In this document: positions 38,420 through 51,400 of the stretch, piece by piece
Layout of the letters: the number at the start of each line of letters is the position of its first letter
How positions within the stretch are numbered: position 1 is the stretch's first letter
Assembly (NCBI GenBank): GCA_008632985.1
Contig: QPGO01000166.1
Span: 62,001 to 126,000, forward strand
Direction of reading: 5' to 3'
Source of the DNA: Psammoneis japonica
Lineage: Eukaryota
DNA: 64,000 bases
The notes under the pieces: generated by a model
Databases searched by the model: none
What the model saw: the letters and a program-made list of their open reading frames with translations, nothing else
What the model was told of the DNA's origin: nothing
Made by a program: the position numbers and the translations under genes

Positions 38420-41400
38420 AGTCCTGACGTCCTGACGTCCGTCACACATGCACTGGATGAACCAGCTTCTGCTTGGGTCCCCAGCAGTTTGTCAATGTGC
38501 AAAAGCCAGCACCATTTTGTCATTCTTCCCAGTTGAAGCCATCAGAGCTCCAAGCTTGACTGATGGGTCATTCGCTGTCATGCCAAGTTGCAGATCATTG
38601 AGAAGCAAGCTCAGCGACAACAAACTTGCGCAGCTGGCGCACTCTTTTGGCCATCTTTGGTGATCTCTGACCTGCAACCCCCAAATGCCAACAGTGTGCA
38701 CTGCAGCAATTTCAGCAATGGGTTCTTTGTGGAAAATGGCAGTGGAGAGCAGTGCCGGCACACAGCACTTGTGCAAAACTTCTGTTGACATCTTGAGTCT
38801 TCAAGAACTTGCAGCGCTGCCCTCTCCCAGGCTGGTTTCTTGTTCATGTGCTTGTGAGCAGAACAAAGAGGCACCCAATGGGGTGTTGGAAGCACACTCA
38901 TCATCTTTGGCCAGCTGGGCTGCTGTTGTTCCAGTCTCTTTTTCTGAGTGGAAAGCTCCAAGGATCCTCTTGGTCGCAACAAGGTGTTGCTTGCTGCGCT
39001 TCTTCTTGGCACTTGGTGCATTGTCAGCTTGAGAAATTTGTGAGCCATCGTGTGCAGTGTCTCATTTTGTGACATTTCCCACTCTTCACAGAACAAGCAT
39101 CATTTGCAAAAAATGTTGCAAACTCCTTTGATGTTTTCCAGTTTGCCAGGAATTCATTCTCAAGTCTTTCATCACCTTGAGGAAGTGGTGCACCCCAGCC
39201 ATGGAAGGCTGAGCATGCTGGCGCACTTGCTCAGACTTGGGCACACACCTTGGTGCCAGCACTTTGCGCGACAGTTTGGCAAACTCTTTGCCGTCCCAGG
39301 GAGGAAGCAGGCATCAGCAATGGTGCACTCAAATGCCCATGATGCAGCAAATTCAATGCAGTTGTGCACTCTTTCTTGTCCAACTTGGCTCATTTTCCAA
39401 CAGCATCTGCTGACTCACAAAAGATGCTGTGTGTGGGGTGTTGCAGTGCACCCAAGTTTCCAATGTCTGCCACCAGGCAATGAGCAGCTCCTGCTTGCAG
39501 TCAGCAACACCTTTGGTGTGGCTGGCATGCTGTCAAGTGAGTTGTCTGTCATCACATTGTTGTTGGCCTTGTGCATTTCTTTGCATTGCTTTTCTGCCAA
39601 TGGTCTCCATCTCTGCTTCAACACTCCAGCACACATTGAAAAAAAAACAGAGTGTTGAGGAATTGGCTGCTGCTGGATCACATTGTCACACACCCACTTC
39701 TGCCCAATGTGGCTCAGGACATGGAGTCAAAAACATGATTGTGCATTGTGTGCACACCACAGGAATCACATCTTGGCTTTCTTGTGTGCTGCTCCTGCCA
39801 ACTCTGTTCCTTGTTCCAAGTCAAGTGTTGCCATGTTGCTCCTTGGCACAAGGCTTGCATGCTTCAGATGCTTTTTGGCACCTGCTCTGATGTTGTTGCT
39901 TGTCTTGCCATTGCAGTGGGCCAGGTCACACCAAAACTCACAAACAGAAGCATCCGTCTCTGTGTCTTGTCCAGTGGATTCCAGGAACAGCAGAAGGGTT
40001 GGATTTCTTGCCCTTTTTGGCTGCCATCTGAGACTGCAGAGAAAAGTGCCAGGCACTCTCAATGTGATCCATCCAAAAAGAACATCATCTTTCACATGAA
40101 GCAAGTTAAAAGCAACATTTTTTCCATCATCATGTTGGTCACAGATTGCTTCCAGCTCAAACAAGAAAGTGTGTTGGGTGACCACAATTCTTGTGTGCTT
40201 GAGCTGTGCAGGCAACATCTGTGGGGGTTTGCAACAAAAGCAGTCCATCACACAGTCAGAGATTGGCATCTCTGCTTGACAATGCACAGAGTCAGCACAT
40301 GGACCACCATGCTGCCTCATCACTCCATCTCTTGGCCAGCTTTTGAGCAGTTGTGAGTCTCTTGAGAACAAAATTCCGCCCTGCCAATGCCAAGGAGTGT
40401 GCAAATGTTTTGACAGCCAAAGCTGCTTGTCCACCATGGACCCAGCCCACACTGCCTGGAGCCTCCTCTCTTGAAATTCCTCTTGTCAAAAGTGGCTTTC
40501 ATTCCTTCATGTCTTTGCAATGTGGTCAAAAGTGCTCACCCAGGTCACTTGGCACAGAAGCAACAGTGTTGAGCTTGTCAGCAAGCCAGCATGCTGCTTT
40601 GCTCCTGCTCTGCCAGCACAAAGGTGCTGCCCAGCTTTGGTGCTTGTGCCCATGACAATGCTGTCAAAAGTGAGAGCCATCTGTTTGCAGCCAGAGGTGA
40701 TGTTTGCTTGCCATCTCTGAAAAAAACATGCAGTGGGTGCGCTGGCACCAGCGCTGAGACCAAAAACTCCCTGACACAACAGGCACTCAAGCAACAATGA
40801 TGAGCCAACTCCTGCATCCATCTAGAGCAACAAAACCAAACTCTTTTTTTTTTGCTCTGCAGTTGATGAAAAGAGCACACTGGTTTTCAAACAGAGTGCA
40901 GCTGAGCTGCCTTGAGCAATCTTGCAATGTGTGTTTTGCACCATGGCTCCTCAAGGACAGGCTGAGAGTTCAGTCTGTGACAGTCTCCCCCACCATCTCT
41001 TTTGCCACCCATTGTTCTTTGGGGGGGGGGGGGGGGGCAGCAGCTTGAGCAAATTTTTGTTGCTTTCCAGCTGATCTCTCAAACAGCCAGTCTGCCCCTG
41101 CTTGACTTGGGCCTCAAACTTTTGCAGCAAATCTTCTTTGACCAGGACAACTTGATGAACTCCTGCACTGGACTTGACCCAACATGTTGTTGACAGACAG
41201 CCAGTTGACAGGGATGTGTCCTGTGGCTGCATGCATCCCAGAGTTCCCACACAGAGCTTTTTCCAAACAAGAACGGTGTGAAGGGAACTTTTCTTTCTCT
41301 GAAAAATCCTCCCACTGCAGAGAAGTCATCTTCCTTGTGCACCAAAATTGCAAAATGCCACACTTGCAAACTGCTCAACCACATGGTGTTGTGCGTCAAC

Positions 41401-43970
41401 CAACAGCAGAGGAGATTTGGCTCAAATGGCTTCCCAAGCAAGTGCGTGCAGCCACAAGTGGCTCAAGGTTGCACAGAGTCTTCAAAAGTGGAAGCCAGGG
41501 ATCACGCAACTCATGTTGACACCTGCAGATTGGAGAGCAGCATGTGCAACAGCTCTGGCAATCAGGGCCACATCTGTCAAATGCACCCCAAACAAGTGCA
41601 GCAAAGCAACCTTGGCATCTTGCCTCTGCCCAAAAATCCAATGAAAACAGCACCTTTTGCCCATGCCTGAGAATGATGCACACCACCTCCTTTCCCCATT
41701 GACAACAGTGCTGTGAAAAAGAAATGCAGCCATTGTGCAGCTGCGCTGCAAAGGGTCAAAGAAATCCAGGTTGCATTTGTCAGTGTGGGTGCCTTGCATG
41801 GTTGTGCATTTTGAACAATGCAATGAGAGGGCTGCATGCATCATTGTGGTGTGCAGATGTTTTGCACCAGTCAGCAAGCCCAGCATCCAGCATGAGCAGC
41901 CATGAAGATTGGTTGACACCAGAAAAATGATGGGCACATTGCAGCATGCTGCAGTCCTCCATGTTGTGAGAAAAAGGCATGTCACTGCAGCTCTGTGGAG
42001 CTGGGCACAGAGACAAAAGAACTGCAGACATGGCTTTGGACAAATGTCTGCACTGTTCTCCCACATGCGCGCCATTCTCCTGGGGATTGGGGTCATCCAT
42101 GTGGGGCTCTTTGGAGCTGTGTGTGCATTGCTCCAGAGCAGCTGTTTTTGCAGCCTTCCTAATTTGTCTTTTGTGCTTTGTCAACTTAAAAAATCAACCA
42201 AAGAGTGCCAGTCAATGCACAACACAGTTGCGACAAGTGTTGCAGGGCAAATCACCGCACCAGTTGTCAGAAGCAAAAAGATTGAGACAACAGTGGAGAA
42301 AAACAGAATCACTCAATTGGCATCATGCACGTTTGGGGTGCACAAAAGCTCAATGTCACTTGCACTCAATGTTGTTGCCACATTGACAAACTCCTCACGT
42401 GATGCCCCACAGCTGGGCAAGGATCATGCATGTGATGCAGTCATCCTCTTTGCCCCTTCTTGAGGTCAGGGAAAACAAAATGGACTGTGCACTCACCATT
42501 TCCCAAGAATGACCAAAAAAAGTGTGCCAAGAGAGCACTTGCTTTTTGCCAAAAAACACAAGGGCTGCTCCTCTGGCACCCTGCCACAGATGAGGACAAG
42601 AACCCCGGGTCAGTCAATTTGGGCTTCTCCTTTCAAATTGAAAGGCACCATCTGACCTGTTTACAAGCGAAACTGAGCCATGCTGTCCTCCTTGTTCTCA
42701 AGCTTTTTTTTGGGAAAAACAAGCTCCTCCTTGCCACTGTTTTTGCTTTCTAAGAAACCACCAAAATGCCAGCTCCACCAGCAGCCCATCCTCTCCATTG
42801 TGTGGAAATCTGGTGCATCAATGGCAAGAAGCAGAGCTGTTGGCTGGGCAGAGGAGAGCAAAGCTGCAGCACCAAATGATGCCACCCTGTGCCAGCACCA
42901 AAACTCCCATGTTGTTCACACTCCTTTGAAAGAGACAAGACAACTACCATCTTGTTTGCAGAGGTGTGATTTTGAGAAAGAAAAAGATCATGCTTTGATG
43001 GTGCCACAACAAAGAAGCCAAGCTGAAGTGTGCCTGAGAGTTCTGTGTGAGCCACATGCAAAAACATGTGGGCTCAAGATTCTTCTGCTTCACTGCTGTG
43101 GAAAAAAAAGAATGACAGATTCAACAAAGGCCAGCTTGCACACTTGCTTGTCTGACTGCAAGACAGTGCTTGTTCTCTCAGACCTCTTCCAACTCATGCT
43201 TCAATGCAAACTGCAAAACTTGGCACTCCCCGGCCACTCTCACACAGCAGTTTGGTCTCATGCTGTGCCCGCCATGCAATGGTGCCCTGCTGATCTGCTG
43301 TGTGGTGACCATGCCCCCTGCTGCACCACTCCTCCCTTGGTCACAAATTTTTTTGTTTTCCACAGCCATCTGAGATGTCCTCTTTTTGCCTCCCTCCATG
43401 GTTGGTTCACACTGTCCGCTGTCCCACCTTCCCAGTGACTGCAATGAGACACCTCCTCTTGGCACTGTGCTCAAATTGTGAGCTGAGAAACATGCCACCT
43501 CAACCACACAAGGGCGCACACATCATTTTTTTTGCTGCTGAACACCTTCAACACCTTTTGGGCACTTGCCCACCAACTCTCCCATTGGCTCATCATCTGA
43601 GCCCCCCCTTTGGTCTCCCAAGCCCTGCTTGCTCCACTCTGGACTTCAGAGTCTTCTCTCAAGCACATGTGGTCTGGAGCAACAAGGAACTCACCACTCT
43701 GGAGCAGAGAACCCCCTCCCATTGGGGCCTCCAAAGCATCAGACACACTGTCACTTGTCACCAGATTGCTTGCAGACCCACTTGACAGCCATGCTCTAAA
43801 GCTCGACAATCTGCCACCTCCCCACTGCACCCACCTTCTGCCTTTGCATGTCACATTTCTGCTGCATTGTTGGAGCTGTCTGCCAATCAACCCGTGCCCC
43901 TTGGTGACCTCCCCACTGACTGCTCACAGTGGCGGATAACCAACCAGCATGCAGCACCAGCAAGTCAACC
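38420..43970. other. TpA/CpG-depleted hypermutated block 3
   Basis: Only about ten TA dinucleotides found by eye in ~5.5 kb; CG is also rare. Confidence 0.85.
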
Positions 43971-44313
43971 TCGCGCGCATCTCATCGCAGACTGCATTTG
44001 TCAAGTTCATTTGATTATGTCTCTAGTATTAGAGAGTAGAGAAATCTCCTATAAAGTAGGCCTTTCATCGCACCAACCAGGGCCGACGAAATTGAAGAGC
44101 TCGATCGAAATGAATATGGTAGAGTGGGAAGCAATGATGGAGTGTAGTCAAACCTGCTCCCCGGAACACACAAAACTATGCATCTGCAGGAACAAAGACC
44201 TCATCTAAAATCGCGAGGTAGAGAGAAAAAGACAAGTTTGGTAGTGCTAATACACCTAGGTCCAGCCCGACAGAATGCGCTCCACGTAACCCGGTACGAA
44301 AGCCCACACGCGG

Positions 44314-45243
44314 TTACGTGTCCATCAAAAAGGAGGGGTGCTGATGAAGCCCCACACGGCATACTGAATCAATGACTGTGTAGCATTTATCGAGGTCAAA
44401 GACATCTTTCCCGTTCTTCGTACTCCTCAAGCTACTCTCCATGTCAATCCAAACCTCGTGGCCCTGCGCTACGTCAATAATGTCCTTCAGCACCTCTTCA
44501 ATGTTGCCAGGGCCAATTCCACCAGCATACCCAATATTATACTCTTTTGGAGGCACGGGCCATGCAGATGCCAACACACCAGTTCCTTTTGATTCATCCA
44601 CCAACATTGAAACGTTCGGAGGCAAATGATCAGCACTACCACTCTCTTCGCTGTCGAGCGCCAGGAGACCTTCCCAGAGTGGCCGTGTTTCATCATTCTG
44701 TTGTAGGATAAATTCTAATTCAGGATATCTGGTCACAAGAGCCGCAAAGGAGGGAACCATTTCACCAAGTTGCGAAGTATCCACCCCGTTCACAGCGGTT
44801 GCATTAATTTGAATTCGTCCAAATCCTCCATTTTTCGCAAGGTCGAAACAAACACATCGTCACCTCTCAAAACCTCATTTACCCGTGAGCCACAAAAGTG
44901 GGCGGCGAGACGCATCTTTCCTTGTGAGGCCGCTGCTACCTTTGCAAGTCTCTTTACCCATTCCATTGAGGCGTATCGAGGTTGGCCTTCCTATGCTGGT
45001 ACGAGGATTCAGTTTTTGTTTAGAAAGACGAACGAAAACACAAACTGCAACAGCAAAATTATACCGACTCAAACATTGGACGCCTACCTTGTCTGGTCGA
45101 AACAATACACCAAATTCCACAAAGGGATATGCGTCGCTAATAATCCCCAAGAGATTGGGATGAACACTGTCGTCCGCCCCACAGAATCCGAGAGCTCGCA
45201 ACGTTGTACTTTTCTTCGGTTTCTTGGGCAACGATTCTTCCAT
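44314..45243 (-). CDS. phosphoribosylanthranilate-isomerase-like (TrpF-like TIM-barrel) protein; one intron, apparent frameshift near 44830
   Basis: LGFCGADDSV, VEFGVLFRPDK|EGQPRYAS, LAAHFCGSRV, RIQINAT, DESKGTG, GYAGGIGPGNI, WIDMESSLR. Confidence 0.7.
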
Positions 45244-45482
45244 TTTCAACAAGCGAAGGAAAGAAAGCTTGTAGTCCACACAAACAAAAGAACTTAATAG
45301 AGACGAGAGTCGGATCTGAAGAGTGAAGAGATACAATAACCTACTGGCTACCGGCACTGCTTATTTTGTTGTGCGTTGTGCGTGATAGTGGTCAATGAAA
45401 TTTGGTTTTTGCGTTGGCCTGCACCAGAGATATATAACATCTGCCATATATAATATTAAAATATATGTGGTACAAAGTCACC

Positions 45483-45572
45483 TTGGGTTCAAAACTGCGG
45501 TTTTGAACCCATTTGGGTTCAAAACTGGCAGTTTTGAACCCAAATTGGGTTCAAAAGTGCAGTTTTGAACCC
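45483..45572. repeat. three tandem ~30-bp palindromes GGGTTCAAAA-N5/7-TTTTGAACCC
   Basis: Read directly; lies in the divergent intergenic region. Confidence 0.95.
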
Positions 45573-45854
45573 GAAAAAGGGAGGCACGCGCGCTTCCTCC
45601 TTCCTCCTTCTACTGCAGTCGAATGGTTCGGTTCTTCTAACGTACCACGTACGGACTAGTCGTACGTCCTGCGCTCGCTCGCTCGATCTTCGAAGACCGT
45701 TCACGGTTACACAATGACATCCTCAATCCGCGTTGCAACGTTGCGTGTGTCGTGTGTTCAAAACATCGTGGAGCAGTTTGCATCTCAATCGCACCTGTTT
45801 CGGAGTCACGCCAGTTGAGGGCCGAGATATTGTTTGAAACAGTACTATATCACC

Positions 45855-46835
45855 ATGAGTTCAACAGAAGAAGATACGAAAGCTACCTCGACGGAGGAGA
45901 GCGGAACTGAATCCGATGCCCCACCTGCGGCTGCCGCCGAAACAAAAGACGGAGAGGGCGCGAAGGACGAAAGTGACGGGAAGAAAGACAAAGAAGAAGA
46001 CAAACACGAGGACCCTAACGAACTAACGAAGCGGCTACAAAAGCTTGCTTTAGAGCGGCAGAAGGAGAATCGCCACGAACGCCTCAAGGTCATTCAGGCG
46101 GACGAGTCGTCGCATCTCTCCTCAGCTCGAACCTTTCAGGAACTTAACCTCCCTCCCCACTTGTTGGAAGGAGTGTTCGGTATGGGCTTTGACAGGCCTT
46201 CTGCAATTCAAGAAGAGGCGCTGCCGCGTATTCTGGCCGAGCCGCCGCGCAATCTCATCGGACAGGCTCAGTCAGGGTCAGGAAAGACGGCCGCCTTTTG
46301 CCTCGGTATGCTCTACCGAATTGTTATTGACGAACCCGCCACGACCCAGGCTCTATGTGTTACCCCTACACGTGAACTGGCTGTACAGATCTTTACCAAA
46401 ACAGTCACTCCGATGGCTGCGAATATGAAAGGACTCAAAGTGCAGCTTGCGCTTGCAGGAGAGATGGTGGAGAAAGGAAAAGGGGTCGATGCCCACATGG
46501 TTATCGGTACACCCGGAAAGGTCTGCGACTGGCTCAAGCGCAGAATTATCAAGACCAAGGGGATCAAAGTGTTTGTCCTGGATGAAGCGGATCATATGGT
46601 CGACGAGGCTGGTCACAGAGCCAACTCGCTTCTGATCAAGAAGCAGATGCCCAAGACTTGTCAGAGTCTCCTCTTCTCTGCCACATTTTCTCCGGAAGTA
46701 ATCAAGTTTGCTGCAAAAATGGTTGAGAAGCCCGACAAGATTTTGATTGAAGCAGGCCCTGAATTCTTGGTACGTTGCATCTTTCAGCGTTCTATGCCTA
46801 CAGTTTTCGTTGCGCGCGGTTTTTTCACAACGAGT

Positions 46836-46873
<38 letters not shown>

Positions 46874-47435
46874 CCCTCTGTTTCAGGTTCTCGATGTAAT
46901 CAAGCAACTCTGGATTGACACGCGGAATCACGAGGGCGGTAAGCTGTCCTTTTTGGAAGATATCTACTCCCTTTTAACGATTGGACAAAGCATTGTCTTT
47001 GTCGGTACGAAACGCGACGCCGACATGGTCCACCAGACACTCGAGACGGCAGGCTACTCCTGCTCAGTTCTTCATGGACAAGTCGATAACGCAGAACGCG
47101 ATGCGACAATGGATGCTTTTAGGAAGGGAGAAAGCAATGTCCTAATCACCACTAATGTGCTTGCGCGAGGTGTGGACGTGGACAATGTCTGTCTCGTGGT
47201 GAATTACGATGTTCCCGTAGACAAGGATGGAAATCCAGACTTTGAGACGTACTTACATAGGATTGGTCGTACGGGTCGCTTTGGTCGCAAGGGAACCGCC
47301 ATTAATTTAATTTCGGACGAAAGATCGCTGAATGTGCTCGCGGCTATTGAAGCACACTTCTCTTCCGGAGGAAAGGAAATGATTCAGATGGCTCCTGATA
47401 ACCCCGAGATGTTGGCAGATATGATTGAAATCTAG
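45855..47435 (+). CDS. DBP5: DEAD-box RNA helicase DBP5/DDX19
   Basis: LAEPPRNLIGQAQSGSGKT, PTRELA, GTPG, DEAD, FSAT, ARGVD, DFETYLHRIGRTGRFGRKG; in-frame 117-nt intron 46770-46886 containing (CT)n. Confidence 0.95.
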
Positions 47436-48118
47436 TGTCAGCGCCTTGTGCAGGAAGATTGCCGGGAGGCTCTATTTCAAACCGCTTACTTTCATACCCT
47501 TGTATGCAAGCCACATTGCGTTGGGTTCCACGGTACAGTAATTAGTTGTATCTATCTAGAGTTTCAGCACAAAGATCTATTGATTCTTTATACAAAAAAT
47601 AGGCCTCTTCAACTTGCGAAAGGGACTACTGGTAGCCGCTCAAGCGAGTAGGCCTACCGTATTTACCGTAGCAAGTACTTCTAGTAGCAAGATTAGAGTG
47701 TCATCACAAGCATCAAGCATCCAACTCTTCGTTGAACGCGATCGTTTCAAGAGGGAACGCGCCAGCGGATGAAATCTCTGCGCGGCATCCGGCATCCGCG
47801 CTGATTTTTTTACGACCTCCTTCGTTTTTTTGACACCTTTATTACACAGCCAAAACCCAAACTCAAAACAGAAAACAGCACCAACAACTCTGTTCAAGCA
47901 AGCAAGTGAAAGCGATACGTGAGATCCAACCGGATTTTCAGTTGTCGTTTTGGTACCTACTCGGCTGCTGCTTAAGACTGCTGGTGGTGACCCGTGCGCG
48001 CAGTTTCGTCATTGACACCCCCTGCCCCGTGTTCATATCTCATCGATAAAAGTACCGGTTCTGTAATCCGGTACCGTTTGATTCTACCTGGGACTAGGGC
48101 TGAGTGTCTACACAAAAA

Positions 48119-49291
48119 ATGGTTGATAGGCCGGCAGAGAAGCCACTCAAGACGAAAAGTCGTTGGGGTCCGAGGAAGACAGCGTCACAGAAAAACAGTG
48201 ACTCGTCCTCTACGCCGAAGGATAAAGAGAACGAAATAGTTACAGAACTGTCGAAGCTAGACCTGAACGATAGACAGTCTCCCCCCGGTACTGCTATTGT
48301 CCCTGGTAGCTCCTTGCACGTCTCTTCTGCTACAAAAAGGACACCGAGAACACCCAAGTTCAGCTACACACTTCGCACGTCACTTCCCGTCTCGGAAGAC
48401 ATGCTTTCCAAACTGATCGATTCTTGCGAAAGCAAACAGACCATACTTGCTACCAGATATCCCGAAAGCAGAAATTCATGGACTTTCACCACTTCTTACA
48501 ACAACTTGGTACTGAGCACCAATACGAAATGTTCTCCCAAGACCATCATCGACATGCGCGATATTTTCGGTAACTTTCACAAGAAAGGATTCTTCTTGTG
48601 GTTCACTGGAGAGAAGGGTTGGATTCTAGACCCTGAACAAAAGTCTTGGGCGGAGTATCTCGATGCGCTCAACAAACTCCAGGACGTCTTCAACCTGATG
48701 GCCCCGGATTCTCTCAAGAAACAGATGGCATCCAGTACGAAGCTCTTATGGAAAAAGGAGAAACACATTCAGGAGGCGGTTTTTGACATTCGACAGGTGT
48801 TGGAAGTCCTTTGGGGACTGAATGATACCAACAAGCAAAACTTTATAATGACAAAGAAGGGAACCCGTAATTGCACCCCATACGACCGATGGAGGAGGAT
48901 CATGACCGAAGTTCGAAAGCTTATGCGCAGAAGCCTCACTGGACCGGACGCTCCCATTCAGTGGTCAGCGCACCCGTCATGTAATCGGTACGGCCTGACA
49001 TTTATTACCAGTGACATGATGATTGAGATCATTGAGCGTCTCCTTGTAATTATGAAGAATCTATTCTTTGGTTTTGAAATCGAAGATCACCCGCATGATG
49101 CTTTGGGAACAATCTGGTACAACAAGAAAGATGGAGAGTTTCCAGCCGCTTTCAAGACCACCAGTGGGGCGTTGCCGGACTTTCAAACGGCAGAGAGCTT
49201 CAAGAAACTCCTAAATCGCGGAGAATTGAGAAATCGCACCCTCTCGACGAACAATGCAACAGGTGTGCCTCTACACGAGAAAAAACGTTGA
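48119..49291 (+). CDS. hypothetical protein
   Basis: ~390-aa uninterrupted ORF with normal composition; no family recognised. Confidence 0.7.
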   Translation: MVDRPAEKPLKTKSRWGPRKTASQKNSDSSSTPKDKENEIVTELSKLDLNDRQSPPGTAIVPGSSLHVSSATKRTPRTPKFSYTLRTSLPVSEDMLSKLIDSCESKQTILATRYPESRNSWTFTTSYNNLVLSTNTKCSPKTIIDMRDIFGNFHKKGFFLWFTGEKGWILDPEQKSWAEYLDALNKLQDVFNLMAPDSLKKQMASSTKLLWKKEKHIQEAVFDIRQVLEVLWGLNDTNKQNFIMTKKGTRNCTPYDRWRRIMTEVRKLMRRSLTGPDAPIQWSAHPSCNRYGLTFITSDMMIEIIERLLVIMKNLFFGFEIEDHPHDALGTIWYNKKDGEFPAAFKTTSGALPDFQTAESFKKLLNRGELRNRTLSTNNATGVPLHEKKR

Positions 49292-49849
49292 AACGCGACG
49301 TTTACTTGTGCTACCAATCTTTGCTTTAATTTAGCATGTAACTGTGAATAGCGCCATAGCGCCTAGTACAAATTTCCAAATCGAGTAGTAGCTCGCTAGG
49401 ATGCGTTTCTGACTCTCTAATGCTGGTAAGGTCACTCTGAAGCTACCGTCGAACATACATACCGTACGAGATACCGTCCCGGTAAGCGAGCGTGGTTTCG
49501 TTTGCCCCAACGGACTGCGACTGCTGCGACGATGAGACCGTACAAGGTACGGCACTCTCTACTAATGCCGACAGACTCTCTACTTTTCTACTCTAGGTAG
49601 CTCTGGCTCTACTCTAGCTAGAAGTATAATAAGTAGTAGACTCTACTCTCTAGAGTAGAGAGGGCCCAACACTCTTCTAGAGAGGAGAGAGTGGAGGAGT
49701 CTATGGTCTACGGTGTATTACCGGTAGGCCTACCGGTACCGTACACTCTCCAACTCCTCGTAGGGAAACCCGGAGATAGAAAAGGCTCGCATCTCGCATT
49801 CTGCCTTGCACTTTGTTGCACAACATAACAGCACGAAACATCCGAGACC

Positions 49850-51087
49850 ATGAGCCTTCCATCTGTAACCAAAGGAACGTCCGCTCTCCGCATTGATCCC
49901 AAACAGCTAGAGGCTATGGATGGTCCTCTCATTGCCCTTGCGGAAATGAGTGGTGGTGATCTTCGTAAACTTTTGTACGCTTTCTTTAGCTTTCTGAACC
50001 GCCGTACTGATTTTTACGTTGTACCGAGTAAAGAAGATATGGAGGCGGGATTACCGACCAAGATGGGTTTCCCTGAAGGAGATGCCGAGAAGCTTCTCAT
50101 TGCATGTATGTTCCAATTTCATTTGTCTTATTTGTTCCATAAATGCTTGACAAAACTTTTCTCATACCACACACCTGTATGTTGATGGTTGATGATGGCG
50201 AGGGTTCTTGTTTGACGTTGTGCTCGTCAGGGATCCAACAAAGTAGAAATCGCCTGTTTTTGTTTGTAAAAATTGTGCTGTTTTGCTATGACGTGGAATA
50301 TTGCGACGTCTAAGTTTTCTTGTTTGTTATTGCTAAAGCCTTTCGTCAGTTTCCCCTTCGACGTGCACCACCGAGCCGTAAGAGTTACGATGGTGCACGT
50401 CCTTCAGCACCGTCAGCATCCTCGAATGAACACGCTGAAAGCAAACTTCCGGTAGAAGTTCCATCTTCAGCACCCACACGAATCACCAAGAGCAACAAGG
50501 CGGATCAACCGGATGTTAGGTATACTGATGACGGGAAGCAAATTCCAGAAGGAAACGGTGGTTGTACAAAACGATACAGGTGGACGCAGACTTTGGAGGA
50601 AGCGAGTGTTCTCATTGGAGTCCCCAAGGGAACAAAAGGGAAGGATCTTTCCGTGACAATAAAACCCTCTTCCATTTCCGTTCGCTTGAACAGACCCTCT
50701 GGCGGAAAGGAAACCCCACAAGTTCTCGTTGAGGGTGATTTGGTTGACAAAGTAAGGACAGATGAATCCATCTGGAGTTTAGAAGGAGGTGTGCTAGTGA
50801 TAACCCTTGACAAACTCAAGAGGACGTGGTGGGAAACCATTATTGTTGGTGACGAGATAATTGACACAAGTCTCGTGGACTCAAAGCGCAAAATTGATAC
50901 TTATGACGAATCAACGCAAGCTGCGATAAGAAGAATTCTCTTTGACCAGAGGCAAGAACGTCTTGGCCTCCCAAAATCAAACGAAATACTCGGAGACGAA
51001 CCCAGCATTCCGCCACTACCAAGTGGAGTTGAGTACATCGACAAGTCCACCCTCGACGAGCATGAAAAAAGGAAGAATCCGGGATAA
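49850..51087 (+). CDS. NUDC: NudC-family nuclear migration/co-chaperone protein (CS/p23 domain), 2 exons
   Basis: LLYAFFSFLNRRTDFY..MGFPEGDAEKL; GNGGCTKRYRWTQTLEE..ESIWSLEG..WW..IDTSLVD..STQAAIRRILFDQRQ. Confidence 0.88.
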
Positions 51088-51400
51088 TGTTCGTCCGAGT
51101 TTGTGGATTGATAACGGAGTCCGTCGATAGATACGGATGCTTCTTTTTATAATGTCATGCTATCACTTATTCATAGCTGAGGGGAAAGGGTTGCCTCGAA
51201 TTATGTAATAAAGCAAAAGATTTTCATCGCGAAGACTACTAGACGGTAGTTCAGTTCCCGAGCCAAGTAAAAAAGAGGCTTCGGGGACGTCATTATCGAC
51301 TTGAGGTTCGATGCGCCAATAGAAACACGATAAAGACCGGAATCAAAAAGAACAGCAAGCACAAGAGAGGAAGAGCGTAAGTGCCGTCAGTCGTGAGGTA

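Noticed and set aside
37346..38449. ORF-track N-terminal extension of SPOUT1 to 38449
   Set aside because: It reads through GC-rich promoter/UTR sequence; the ATG at 38167 (MEDKDARR) is the more plausible start.
31245..41037. Poly-G tracts (~31245, ~31722, ~41021) as G-quadruplex elements
   Set aside because: Isolated homopolymers in decayed DNA with unreliable lengths and no supporting context.
49555..49745. CTCTA/TAGAG-rich short palindromes
   Set aside because: Low-complexity promoter-proximal sequence with no defined unit or family.
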